Shown here: positions 27,596 through 37,109 of the stretch, piece after piece | How the letters are laid out: each line of letters begins with the position of its first letter | Position numbering within the stretch: position 1 is the stretch's first letter | Assembly (NCBI GenBank): GCA_016210175.1 | Contig: JACQUQ010000078.1 | Location: forward strand, 1-62,637 | Direction of reading: 5' to 3' | Length of the DNA: 62,637 bases | Source: Chloroflexota bacterium | GTDB lineage: Bacteria > Chloroflexota > Dehalococcoidia > SHYD01 > JACQUQ01 | Program-made: the position numbers and the translations under genes | Notes under the pieces: generated by a model | What the model was told of the DNA's origin: nothing | Database searches by the model: none | What the model saw: the letters and a program-made list of their open reading frames with translations, nothing else

Positions 27596-30500
27596 ATGTG
27601 GCTGTCCGACCTCTCCATCCGCCAGCCGGTGTTCATCAGTATGGTCCTGGCCGCGGCCGTGGTGCTGGGCGGTATGTCCTACAGCCGGATGGCCGTGGAC
27701 CTGTTCCCCGATGTGGCGTTCCCGGTGGTGGCGGTCCGCACCACCTTCCCCGGCGCGGGGCCGGCTGAGGTCGAAACCCTGGTGACCAAGCCCCTGGAGG
27801 ACGCCCTGGGCTCCATCAGTGGAGTCGAGCACGTGCGCTCCACCTCGTCGGAGTCGGTCTCCCTGGTGGTGGTGGAGTTCGACCTGGGCCACCCCGTGGA
27901 AGAGGGGGCTAACGCGGTGCGTGACCGGGTGGCCGCGGTGCGGCCCCTGCTGCCCGACGGCGCAGACGACCCGGCGGTGCTCCGCTTCGACCCTAGCCAG
28001 ATGCCCATCATGTCCATCGCGGTGTCCGACCGCTCCGGACGACTCGCCGCACCCCAGATCCGCAAGCTGCTGGAGGACGCCGTGGAGCCCCGGCTGGAGC
28101 GGCTGGAGGGTGTGGCGGCGGTGACCGTGGAGGGCGGCGGGGAGCGGGAAATCCAGGTGGCCCTGAGCCTGGATGCCACCCGCGCGCGCAACCTGTCCGT
28201 CCCCCAGATCGGTGCGGCCCTGCGCGCCGAGAACCAGAGCATCCCCGGCGGCCGCCTGGCAGAGCGCCAGCAGGAGTACCTGCTGCGGACCACCGGCGAG
28301 TTCTCCTCGGTGGCCGAGATCGGCAGCGTGGTGGTGGGCACCCGCAACGGCGTGCCCGTCTTCCTGCGGGACATCGCTACCATCTCCGACGGGTTCAAGG
28401 AACAGCGCACCATCAGCCGCCTCAACGGCCAGGAGGCCGTGGCCCTGGCCATCACCAAGCAGTCCGGGGCCAACACGGTGCAGGTTGCCGAGCAGGTCAC
28501 GAAGGAGCTGGCGGCCGTCGGCGCACGCTACCCCGACCTGGACTTCGCCGTCGTCCGGGACGACTCCACCGCTATCAAGGAGGCCAACGACGATGTGCGC
28601 CTGGCCCTGGTCCTGGGCGCCCTGTGCGCCACCGTGGTGGTGTACCTCTTCTTCCAGGACTGGCGCAACACCCTGGTGACCGTTGCCGGGCTGCCCATCA
28701 TCGTCACCAGCACCTTCGCCGTCATGCACTGGCTGGGCTTCAGCCTGAACATGCTGAGCCTGCTGGGGCTCTCCCTCTCCATCGGCATCCTCATCGATGA
28801 CGCCATCGTGGTGCGGGAGAATATCTTCCGCCACACTGAGCAGGGCGAGGAGCCCGTGGTGGCGGCGAGCAAGGGAACGCGGGAGATCGCCTTCGCCGTG
28901 CTGGCGACTACCTTCTCTATTGTGGCGGTCTTCCTGCCGGTGGGCTTCGCCAGTGGGATGATCGGCCAGTTCTTGCGGGAGTTCGGCATCACGGTAGCCG
29001 CGGCGGTGCTGATCTCCCTGGTGGAGGCCTTCACCCTGGCCCCCATGCTCTCGGCCCACTTCTTTCACCGCACGCAGCACGGGCGGGAGCGCCGCGCCGG
29101 TGGGCTGGGCGCCCGGCTCGGCCGGGCCTATGACCGGGTGACCGTGGGGTACGGCCGGCTGCTGGGCTGGAGTCTGGGCCACCGCCGCGTGGTGGTGGGC
29201 GTCGGCATCACAAGCCTGGCGGGGAGCCTGGCGCTGGTCTCTCTGGTGGGCGTGACCTTCTTCCCCCGCACCGAAGAACGACAGTTCACCATGAGCCTGG
29301 AGCTGCCCGCCGGGACCACGCTGGAGGAGACCGACCTGGCCGTCCGCTACCTGGGCGAGGTGGTCGCTGCCCAGCCTGAGGTCCGGCACGTCTACACCCG
29401 CACCGGCGCCTCCGACGGCGCGCCGGAGCGGGGCTCGGTGTACGTGCGTCTGCACGAGCACGCCGAGAGCGCCCGCGTCCAGGAGCGGCTGCGGGAGCAG
29501 CTGCGCCACCTTCCAGGGCTGACCTTCAGCAGCCAGGACCCCATGGGCGGCGCCACCACCTCGGTGGCGAACCGCCCCCTGGTGCTCGCGGTCCAGGGGG
29601 GATCCTCCCTGGCGGACCTGGATGCGGCCTCCCGCAGCATCCTGGAGGCCATCCGGGAGGTCCCCGGCCTGCAAGACCTGGACCGCACCTACAAGCCCGG
29701 CAAGCCGGAGCTGCGCATCGTGGTGGACCGCCAGCGCGCCGCCGACCTGGGCCTCAGCGCCGGCACCCTGGGGGCCACGGTTCGCACCCTGGTCAATGGC
29801 GATGTCCCCAGCACGCTGCGGGAGGGCGACACCGAGACCGACATCCGGGTGCGCCTTCGGGAGCAGGACCGGACCCGCCTCAACGACCTCCTCCGCCTTA
29901 CAGTTCCCACAGCCCAGGGCGTCGCGGTGCCCCTGAGCGCCGTGGCCCGGGTCGAGATCGCCGTCGGGCCGGTGCAGATCGAGCGGGAGGACCGCCAGCG
30001 GCAAGTGCTGGTCGGGGCGGAAACCGGCGGGCGGCCCCTGGGCGACGTCGCGGCGGAGGTGCGCCAGCGCCTGGAGCAGGTGGCCCTGCCGCCCGGCGTG
30101 ACGTATGCCTTCACCGGGAACACCCAGCAGTCGGAAGAGTCTTTCGGCTCCCTCCTCCAGGCGCTGCTGCTGGGCATCGTCTTCCTGTACATGGTGCTGG
30201 CGTCCCAGTTCGGGTCGTTCCTGCACCCCTTCACCATCATGCTCTCGCTGCCGCTGTCCCTCGCCGGGGCCTTCCTGGGGCTGCTGGTCTTCGGCAAGCC
30301 CCTGGACATCATGGGCATGATTGGTATCATCATGCTCATGGGGCTGGTGACCAAGAACGCCATCCTGCTCATCGATTTCATCCTGCGGCTGCGGCGGGAT
30401 GGCTACGACCGGCGCACCGCCATCATGACCGCCGGGCCGGTCCGCCTGCGGCCCATCCTGATGACCACGCTGGCGATGGTCTTCGGCATGGTGCCGACGG

Positions 30501-30724
30501 CGCTCTCGGTGGGGTCAAGCTCCGGGTTCCGGGCGCCCATGGCTATCACCGTCATCGGCGGTCTCATCACCTCCACCCTGCTCACCCTGGTGGTGGTGCC
30601 CGTCGTCTACACGCTGCTCGACGACGTGCAGGGGTGGCGTCCCCGGCGCCACAGCCGGACGGCGGGACCGGAGTGGTCGGCGTTCGCGGGCGAGGAGATG
30701 GTCGGCGCCCGGCGGGACGGTTAG
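27596..30724 (+). CDS. RND efflux permease (AcrB/MdtC family)
   Basis: MWLSDLSIRQPV, IGILIDDAIVVRENI, GLVTKNAILLIDF, RLRPILMTT. Confidence 0.96.
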   Translation: MWLSDLSIRQPVFISMVLAAAVVLGGMSYSRMAVDLFPDVAFPVVAVRTTFPGAGPAEVETLVTKPLEDALGSISGVEHVRSTSSESVSLVVVEFDLGHPVEEGANAVRDRVAAVRPLLPDGADDPAVLRFDPSQMPIMSIAVSDRSGRLAAPQIRKLLEDAVEPRLERLEGVAAVTVEGGGEREIQVALSLDATRARNLSVPQIGAALRAENQSIPGGRLAERQQEYLLRTTGEFSSVAEIGSVVVGTRNGVPVFLRDIATISDGFKEQRTISRLNGQEAVALAITKQSGANTVQVAEQVTKELAAVGARYPDLDFAVVRDDSTAIKEANDDVRLALVLGALCATVVVYLFFQDWRNTLVTVAGLPIIVTSTFAVMHWLGFSLNMLSLLGLSLSIGILIDDAIVVRENIFRHTEQGEEPVVAASKGTREIAFAVLATTFSIVAVFLPVGFASGMIGQFLREFGITVAAAVLISLVEAFTLAPMLSAHFFHRTQHGRERRAGGLGARLGRAYDRVTVGYGRLLGWSLGHRRVVVGVGITSLAGSLALVSLVGVTFFPRTEERQFTMSLELPAGTTLEETDLAVRYLGEVVAAQPEVRHVYTRTGASDGAPERGSVYVRLHEHAESARVQERLREQLRHLPGLTFSSQDPMGGATTSVANRPLVLAVQGGSSLADLDAASRSILEAIREVPGLQDLDRTYKPGKPELRIVVDRQRAADLGLSAGTLGATVRTLVNGDVPSTLREGDTETDIRVRLREQDRTRLNDLLRLTVPTAQGVAVPLSAVARVEIAVGPVQIEREDRQRQVLVGAETGGRPLGDVAAEVRQRLEQVALPPGVTYAFTGNTQQSEESFGSLLQALLLGIVFLYMVLASQFGSFLHPFTIMLSLPLSLAGAFLGLLVFGKPLDIMGMIGIIMLMGLVTKNAILLIDFILRLRRDGYDRRTAIMTAGPVRLRPILMTTLAMVFGMVPTALSVGSSSGFRAPMAITVIGGLITSTLLTLVVVPVVYTLLDDVQGWRPRRHSRTAGPEWSAFAGEEMVGARRDG

Positions 30725-30815
30725 GTAGGCGGTCCGCCGGGCTTGCCGGAGCGGAGTCGGGGTTGCCTCCAGGAGCCGAGTCCCCGTGGAGATCTCCCAG
30801 GAAGGGAGGAGCGGT

Positions 30816-33059
30816 ATGCGTCTCCGGTTTTCTCGTTGGTTGGGCCTGGCGCTGGTGTCCCTGGTGGCCCTCGCGGCCTGCCAGGGACAGGGCGACGGCC
30901 AGCAGTCCGCCGGTGCGGTGGCCGTGCCGGTGAGGGTCGCGTCGGTCCGGGAGGGCGCCATCAGCGCCACATTGTCCTTCTCCGGCTCTATCCAGGCGGC
31001 GGACCAGGTCGAGTTGCTGCCGGGCACGTCCGGCAGGATTGAGCGCATCCTGGTGGATGTGGGCTCCGTCGTCCGGCAGGGGGAGCCCATCGCGCAGTTG
31101 GAGACCGATACCCTGCGGGCCGCGCTCAAGTCGGCAGCGGCCACTCTCCAGAGCGCCCAGGCCCAGCTGAATAATGCCCTAGCGGGAGCCCGGCCTGAGC
31201 AGGTGGCGGCGGCCAGGGCCGGTCTGGAGGCGGCGCGCGTCAAGCTGACGGACATGCGCGACGGCGGGCGCGCCGAGCAGATCGCGACGGCAGAGGCCAA
31301 CGTCGCCCGCGCCCAGGCGCGGCTGTATGAGCTGCGGGCCATCTCCCAGGCCCAGGTGGACAAGGCGGCAGCCGACCTGGCGAGCGCAGAGGCCCGGCTG
31401 AACCAGGTGCTTAACCCCACCCTGGCGGACCTCCAGGCGGCGGAAGCCGCGGCGGGCGCGGCCCAGGCCAGCCTCCAGAGCGCCCAGGCCGGTCTCGACC
31501 GGCTGTTGCACCCGGGCCCCGGCGACGTGGCGGTGGCGGAGGCGAATCTCGAAAGCGCACGGGCGCGGCTGGCCGCGGTGCGAGAGCGTCCGACCATCGG
31601 CATCATTGAAGAAGCCCAGCGCGCGGTCGAGGGCGCACGGGAGGCGCTGCTGGAGGCGCAGCGGCGCCTCGCCGGGTTCGATAACCAGCTCCGGGATGTC
31701 TCGGGTGGGGCGGCGTACCTCGCGGCCTGGTCGGCCCTGAACACGGTCCGGACCAGGCTGGAGCAGGACCTGGCCGGCAATGTGCCGCCCACACAGCTCC
31801 AGGCGGACCAACTCGCGGTCGAGGCTGCCTGGCAAGGGATAGAGAACGCGGAGCGGGACGTGGTCTGGAGCAAACTGGGATTCACGGCGGGGGAGTACAC
31901 CGCCGCGCAGTCGGGAGTGAAGACCGCGACCCAGAACCTGAAGGATGCCCGGAAGACGCTGGTGGACCTGGACCCGGCGCCCAAGGACGAAGAGTTGCGC
32001 GCCGCAGAGGTGGCGGTGCGGTCGGCCGAGGCGAGTCTGGACCGGCTCGTGAACCCGTCGGCGGCCGATGTGGCGGCCGCGCAGGCGGCCGTGGATCAGG
32101 CGCGGTCGGCGCTGGCCGCGGCCCAGAACCGGCTGACGACCCTCAAGGACCCCACGCCCGCCGACGTTGAGGCGGCCAGGGCCGCCGTCGCTAGCGCGCG
32201 GGTAGCCTTCCAGGCCGCGCAGGCCAAATGGGGCCAGCCCAAGGATGGGGTCTCTCCCTCCGAGCTCCAGGCAGCGGAGAGCGACCTGATCCGGGCCCAG
32301 AATGACCTGGCCCTGGCCCGCAACCCCTTCACCGCGGCGGACCTCCAGGCACAGGAGCAGCAGGTAGCCCAGCTCGCAAACCAGGCAACCCTGGCAGAGA
32401 ACCCGTACACCAGCCACGACCTCCAACGGCTGACGGCTGGGGTCGCAGTGGCCGAGGCCGCGGTGGAGCAGGCCCGGCTCGTGCTCGACCAGGCGACGGT
32501 CACTGCCCCCTTCGATGCCATCGTGGCGAAGAAGTATCTGTCCAGGGGTGCGCTGGCAGGCCCCGCCACCCCCATCGTCTCTCTGGTGTCCTCGCGCGTC
32601 GAAGTGGTCTTCCACGTCGAGGAGGCGGCGCTGGGCCGCATTGGGACCGACCAGGCCGTTACCTTCACCGTACCGGCCTACGAGGAGCGCGCCTTTATGG
32701 GACAGGTGAGCAGTATCGCCCCCATTGCCGATGCGGCCAGCCGCACCTTCACGGTCAAGATCACGCCGGAGGACGCGGCGGGCCGGTTGAAGGCCGGGAT
32801 GTTCGCCAACCTCCAGGTCATCGTCGCCGGGAGGGAGCGCGCGCTGGTCATCCCGCGCCCGGCGGCGCTGGAGCGGCCCGACGGCCCGGTAGTCTTCGTG
32901 GTCCGGGATGGCACGGCGGAAATGCGCCGGGTGCGTTTGGGGCTGACCGGCGACAGTGATGTGGAAGTGCTGGAGGGCCTGGCCGCGGGCGAGGCAGTGG
33001 TGGTGCAGGGCAACCGCACCCTGCGGGACAACGACCCGGTGAAGGTCATCGAGCCGTAG
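30816..33059 (+). CDS. RND periplasmic adaptor (MFP) lipoprotein with a very long alpha-helical hairpin
   Basis: LAAC lipobox, lipoyl half-domains (GRIERILVDVGSVV..; TVTAPFDAIV), LKAGMFA, about 750 aa. Confidence 0.9.
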   Translation: MRLRFSRWLGLALVSLVALAACQGQGDGQQSAGAVAVPVRVASVREGAISATLSFSGSIQAADQVELLPGTSGRIERILVDVGSVVRQGEPIAQLETDTLRAALKSAAATLQSAQAQLNNALAGARPEQVAAARAGLEAARVKLTDMRDGGRAEQIATAEANVARAQARLYELRAISQAQVDKAAADLASAEARLNQVLNPTLADLQAAEAAAGAAQASLQSAQAGLDRLLHPGPGDVAVAEANLESARARLAAVRERPTIGIIEEAQRAVEGAREALLEAQRRLAGFDNQLRDVSGGAAYLAAWSALNTVRTRLEQDLAGNVPPTQLQADQLAVEAAWQGIENAERDVVWSKLGFTAGEYTAAQSGVKTATQNLKDARKTLVDLDPAPKDEELRAAEVAVRSAEASLDRLVNPSAADVAAAQAAVDQARSALAAAQNRLTTLKDPTPADVEAARAAVASARVAFQAAQAKWGQPKDGVSPSELQAAESDLIRAQNDLALARNPFTAADLQAQEQQVAQLANQATLAENPYTSHDLQRLTAGVAVAEAAVEQARLVLDQATVTAPFDAIVAKKYLSRGALAGPATPIVSLVSSRVEVVFHVEEAALGRIGTDQAVTFTVPAYEERAFMGQVSSIAPIADAASRTFTVKITPEDAAGRLKAGMFANLQVIVAGRERALVIPRPAALERPDGPVVFVVRDGTAEMRRVRLGLTGDSDVEVLEGLAAGEAVVVQGNRTLRDNDPVKVIEP

Positions 33060-33077
33060 CCCGCGAGCGGGCGCCCC

Positions 33078-33560
33078 TCAGCCCAGGCGGACGTAGCGTC
33101 TGCCGTAGAACACCAGGGGCGCGTCGGCGGCGCCCACCCCCGCGGCCTCTACCTGGCCCAGGAAGATGGTATGGTCGCCGCCGTCGTACTCAGCAGCCAC
33201 GCGGCAGTCCAGCCAGGCCAGGGCCTGCCCCAGGAGCGGGACGCCGGTTGCCGCGGTGCGGTAGGGCACGCCCTCGAACCGAGGGCTCACCAGGGGCGCC
33301 TGGCCCGAGAAGCGGTCGGCCAGAAACATCTGGCCGCGGCCCAGGATGCTGACCCCGTAGACGCCGCTCTCCCGCACGTAGTCGTGACTCAGGCTCAGGC
33401 GGTCGAGGCACACCAGCACCAGGGGCGGCTCCAGGGACACCGAGCAGAAGGCGTTCACCGTCAGGCCGTGGAAGCCCTCCGGCCGCAGGGTCGTGACCAC
33501 CGCCACCCCGGTGGCGAAATGGGCCATGACCTCCCGGAAGGTCTGGGCATCAACCGCCAT
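33078..33560 (-). CDS. Flavin reductase family protein
   Basis: FREVMAHFATGVAVVT, SVSLEPPLVLVC, GGDHTIFLG. Confidence 0.93.
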   Translation of the reverse strand: MAVDAQTFREVMAHFATGVAVVTTLRPEGFHGLTVNAFCSVSLEPPLVLVCLDRLSLSHDYVRESGVYGVSILGRGQMFLADRFSGQAPLVSPRFEGVPYRTAATGVPLLGQALAWLDCRVAAEYDGGDHTIFLGQVEAAGVGAADAPLVFYGRRYVRLG

Positions 33561-33591
33561 CGGCCCCCTCAGCACAGCGAGACGCTCTTCT

Positions 33592-33691
33592 CACCACAGA
33601 GTATACAGAGATGTTGTTAAGAGGGCCAGAGAGAGAACGCTGATGCGCCTCTCCTTTTTCTCCCTCTGTGTCCTCTGTGATCTCTGTGGTG
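33592..33691. repeat. Intergenic palindromic element (CACCACAGAG...CTCTGTGGTG with 9-mer subrepeats)
   Basis: Terminal inverted repeat. A related copy lies at about 35711-35802. Confidence 0.65.
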
Positions 33692-33709
33692 CATCCTGCT
33701 CGTCCGGTG

Positions 33710-35176
33710 TCAGCCCTTGATCACGCCCATCGGCCGGGCGCGGGCCACCTTGCGCGCGATGCCCGCCTGCTCCACGACGTCCACCACATCCGCAACGTCT
33801 TTGTACGCCTCGGACGCTTCCTCCGCCAGGAGCTTCATGTTCTCGGCGCGCACGATGATGTTGCGCTCCAGCATCCGGGCCGCGATGTCCACGCCCTGGA
33901 GCATGCGCTTGGCCGCGCCCCGGCTCTGCACCCGTCCCGCCCCGTGGCAGGTGGAGCCGAAGGATTCGCCCATCGCGGTCCCGGTGCCCACCGCCAGGAA
34001 GGAGTAGCGTCCCATGTCGCCGGGGATGATGACCGGCTGGCCCACCTCCCGGTAGGCCGCGGGGACCTGGAGGTGGCCCGGCGGGAAGGCGCGAGTAGCG
34101 CCTTTGCGGTGGACGCACAGGGTTACGGCGCGGCCGTTAACCTGGTGCTCCTCTCGCTTGGCGATGTTATGGCACACATCGTAGATCAGGCGCATGCCCA
34201 GGTCGTGGGGCGTCTTGCCGAACACCTGGCTGAAGCTCTCCCGGACCCAGTGGGTAATGCACTGGCGGTTGGCCCAGGCGAAGTTGGCGCCGCAGGCCAT
34301 CGCCCCCAGGTACTCCTTGCCTTCGGGGGAACTCACGGGCGCGCAGGCAAGCTGGCGGTCCGGCAGTTCGATGCCGTACTTGCGGGTGGCCGCCTCCACC
34401 GTCTTGAGGAAGTCCTGGCAGACCTGGTGTCCCAGGCCGCGCGAGCCGCAGTGGACCATGATCGTCACCTGGCCGGGGCCGGTAATGCCCAGGGCCTGCG
34501 CCACTTCCGGCAGGTAGACCTCATCAATGACCTGGACCTCCAGGAAGTGGTTGCCGGAGCCCAGGGTGCCCAGCTCCGGCGCACCCCGGCTGCGGGCGCG
34601 CTCGCTCACCTGGGCGGGGTCGGCGCTCCGCAGGCAGCCGCCCTCCTCCATGTGCTCCAGGTCCTCGGGCCAGCCGTACCCCTGCGCCACGGCCCAGGCC
34701 GCGCCCTGCGCCAGCACCTCCGCGATCTCGTGCCCCTTGAGCCGGATGCGGCCGTGGGACCCGACGCCGGAGGGCACGTTGCGGAAGAGGGCGTTGACCA
34801 GCTCCCGCAGGCGGGGCCGCACCTCGTCCTCGGTCAGGTCGGTGCGGAGCATGCGGACACCGCAGTTGATGTCGAAGCCCACGCCGCCGGGCGAGACCAC
34901 GCCATCCTCCCAGCGGGTGGCAGCCACGCCCCCGATGGGGAAGCCGTAGCCCCAGTGGATGTCGGGCATGGCCAGGGAGTACTTGACGATGCCGGGCAGG
35001 AAGGCGACGTTGGCGACCTGCTCCAGGGACTGGTCCTCGCGCAGCTCGCGGATGATCCGCTCATCCGCGATAATCCGGCCTGGCACCCGCATCCCAGGCT
35101 TGTAGTCCTGGGGGATCTCCCAGTGGTACTCGTCCACCCGGACGAGACGCTCCCACGCGTGCGCTTTGGTGGTCAT
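33710..35176 (-). CDS. rtcB: RtcB RNA ligase
   Basis: MPDIHWGYGFPIGGV, VGFDINCGVR, GTLGSGNHFLEVQ, HCGSRGLG, HRKGAT, HGAGR. Confidence 0.97.
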   Translation of the reverse strand: MTTKAHAWERLVRVDEYHWEIPQDYKPGMRVPGRIIADERIIRELREDQSLEQVANVAFLPGIVKYSLAMPDIHWGYGFPIGGVAATRWEDGVVSPGGVGFDINCGVRMLRTDLTEDEVRPRLRELVNALFRNVPSGVGSHGRIRLKGHEIAEVLAQGAAWAVAQGYGWPEDLEHMEEGGCLRSADPAQVSERARSRGAPELGTLGSGNHFLEVQVIDEVYLPEVAQALGITGPGQVTIMVHCGSRGLGHQVCQDFLKTVEAATRKYGIELPDRQLACAPVSSPEGKEYLGAMACGANFAWANRQCITHWVRESFSQVFGKTPHDLGMRLIYDVCHNIAKREEHQVNGRAVTLCVHRKGATRAFPPGHLQVPAAYREVGQPVIIPGDMGRYSFLAVGTGTAMGESFGSTCHGAGRVQSRGAAKRMLQGVDIAARMLERNIIVRAENMKLLAEEASEAYKDVADVVDVVEQAGIARKVARARPMGVIKG

Positions 35177-35189
35177 GACACCCTCCTCC

Positions 35190-35232
35190 TCCCCCTTCCC
35201 TGCGAGGGAAGGGGGCTGGGGGGTTAGGTCTG
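35190..35232. repeat. REP-like hairpin CCCCCTTCCCTGCGAGGGAAGGGGG..GGGTTAGGTCTG
   Basis: Near-identical copy at 37058-37099. Confidence 0.75.
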
Positions 35233-35233
35233 C

Positions 35234-35680
35234 TCAGATATCCAGCACGACGCGCACCCAGGCGCCTTCAGGGGTTTCCTGCACTGCCAGCAGGTGGTAG
35301 GTCACGCCCTTGATAAACACCCGTAGCTCGTGGCGGGTGGGGTCCATCGGCTCCCCGTAGGCCGTAGCCCGGAGCTCCGTATCTGTCAGGTGGTCCACCG
35401 CGAAGCGCCGGAAGAGCAGGCGGTCCACCTCGAAGCGGTAGAGGAGTTCCGTTAACCATTCGACCAACAGCCCCTCCCGGTCCTCCGCCTGCACCTGGAT
35501 GGGCACGGCCTGGCGCTCCTGCACCGTGTCCAGGTCTGCCAGGACGCTGAAGGTGGCGAGGGCCGCCCGCTCGAAGACCGTCTTCAGGTCCGGGCCCCGG
35601 ACCTCAAAGCCCACGTCGGCGGTGATATCCAGGAAGGTCACGCCGGGCAGGTCCGACGCAGGAAGGGGCGCGCTGGTCAC
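35234..35680 (-). CDS. Archease
   Basis: FLDITADVGF, LLVEWLTELLY, IKGVTYH..VVLDI. Upstream of rtcB. Confidence 0.93.
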   Translation of the reverse strand: MTSAPLPASDLPGVTFLDITADVGFEVRGPDLKTVFERAALATFSVLADLDTVQERQAVPIQVQAEDREGLLVEWLTELLYRFEVDRLLFRRFAVDHLTDTELRATAYGEPMDPTRHELRVFIKGVTYHLLAVQETPEGAWVRVVLDI

Positions 35681-35816
35681 GGTCTCTCCCTCCTGCCGTG
35701 GGGTCCTGACGCACCACCGAGCGCATAGAGGAAGGAAGGAAGCGGACAGAGGGGCATCTGTCCCCCGCAACCCCTCCGTGGTCTCCGTGCTCTCTGTGGT
35801 GCGTCTGGAGTCTGCC

Positions 35817-36995
35817 TCACACGTCCAGCCGGGCTACCTGGGAGGGCACGAAGTCCCGGATCTCCCGCACCGACGTGAGGGGACGGACGACCCGCCCGTT
35901 CTCCACTAGAGGCGTCAGCAACTCCGCGAAGGTCCCGTCGCAGCCGGGGTGCTCCGGGCGCAGCCCCAGGGGCGTCACCGCATCGGCCAGGCAGACCGGA
36001 CACCGCCACAGGCTCTTGGCGCCGGAGCGCTTGCCCCGCTTGGCGCGGGGCCGGCCCTCGACTTCAACGATGTCCATAGAGTAATCAACGATGGGCGCCG
36101 CCGCGATGTCGGCTCCCACGCCGTAGGCGTCTACCAGGTCGTTCAGCTCCCGGATGGTAGTCTCGGTGATGCCGCCGCTGACGAACAGCCGGACGTGCCG
36201 GTAGCCCCGCAGGTCCAGCTCCCAGCGCACTTCCTCCAGGATCTGGCGGAAGTTGCCCCGGCGGGAGGCCGGCGTATCCAGGCGCACCGCGAAGAGCCGG
36301 TCTCCCAGGGCCTCGGCCACCCGCACCGCCTCGAACTTCTCATCGTTGAAGGTATCAATAAGGGCCACCCGCCGCACCGCCGGATCGATCACCTCATCGA
36401 AGGCCCGGACGGCCTCGACCGTGTCGCCCAGGAGCAGGATGAGGGTGTGGGGCATGGTGCCGGTCGGCGGTGCGCCGATAAGGTCGGCGCTGGCGATGAC
36501 GGAAACCCCGTCGCAGCCACCCAGGTAGGCGTTGCGCTCGATCATGGGGGCCAGGGCCGGGTGCATGCGCCGGGCGCCGAAGCTGGCCACGATGCGGTCT
36601 CCCGCCAGGCGCTTGCAGCGGGCCGCCTGGGTGGCGATCCCGGAAGCCTGGCAGAAGAATCCCAGCAAGGCCGTCTCGAACACCGCGAAGGCGGAGTAGC
36701 GCCCGGTGATCTCCATGACCGGCTGCCCCGGTCGGAAGACCGTCCCCTCTTCCAGGCAGCGCACCGTCACCGGCAGGTCCGCCAGCACGGTCAGGCACTC
36801 TTCTACCCCGGCGAAGACCGCCCAGGGCCAGCCCTTGGGCAAGCTCTTAGCGAAGAACTCGGCCCGCACGTGGGGGTCCACGCCCCTGGCCCGCAGGACA
36901 CGCATGGTGCGGTCGAAGTACACATCGGTCACCCGACCGGCCTTGATGTCCTCCAGGGATGCCACCTGGAGCCGTGGTCCGGCGGCAACTTCCAT
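35817..36995 (-). CDS. pncB: Nicotinate phosphoribosyltransferase
   Basis: TDVYF, SFGARRMHP, GTMPH, LIDTF, VRLDTP, FVSGG. Confidence 0.9.
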   Translation of the reverse strand: MEVAAGPRLQVASLEDIKAGRVTDVYFDRTMRVLRARGVDPHVRAEFFAKSLPKGWPWAVFAGVEECLTVLADLPVTVRCLEEGTVFRPGQPVMEITGRYSAFAVFETALLGFFCQASGIATQAARCKRLAGDRIVASFGARRMHPALAPMIERNAYLGGCDGVSVIASADLIGAPPTGTMPHTLILLLGDTVEAVRAFDEVIDPAVRRVALIDTFNDEKFEAVRVAEALGDRLFAVRLDTPASRRGNFRQILEEVRWELDLRGYRHVRLFVSGGITETTIRELNDLVDAYGVGADIAAAPIVDYSMDIVEVEGRPRAKRGKRSGAKSLWRCPVCLADAVTPLGLRPEHPGCDGTFAELLTPLVENGRVVRPLTSVREIRDFVPSQVARLDV

Positions 36996-37022
36996 AGCTG
37001 GCTCCCCACCTCTCTCCCCTGA

Positions 37023-37099
37023 CCTCTCTCCCCTGGTAGGGGAGAGAGGAGATCAGTTCCCCCTTCCCTGCGAGGGAAGGGGGAAGGGGGTTAGGTCTG
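37023..37099. repeat. Tandem REP-like hairpins between ffh and pncB
   Basis: CCTCTCTCCCCTGGTAGGGGAGAGAGG and CCCCCTTCCCTGCGAGGGAAGGGGG. Confidence 0.75.
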
Positions 37100-37109
37100 T
37101 CTCTCCAGG

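Noticed and set aside
26522-30226. 1234-aa minus-strand ORF and other long antisense ORFs (e.g. 39175-41166, 33668-35227, 31179-32615)
   Set aside because: Shadow ORFs of high-GC3 genes on the opposite strand, with no recognisable motifs.
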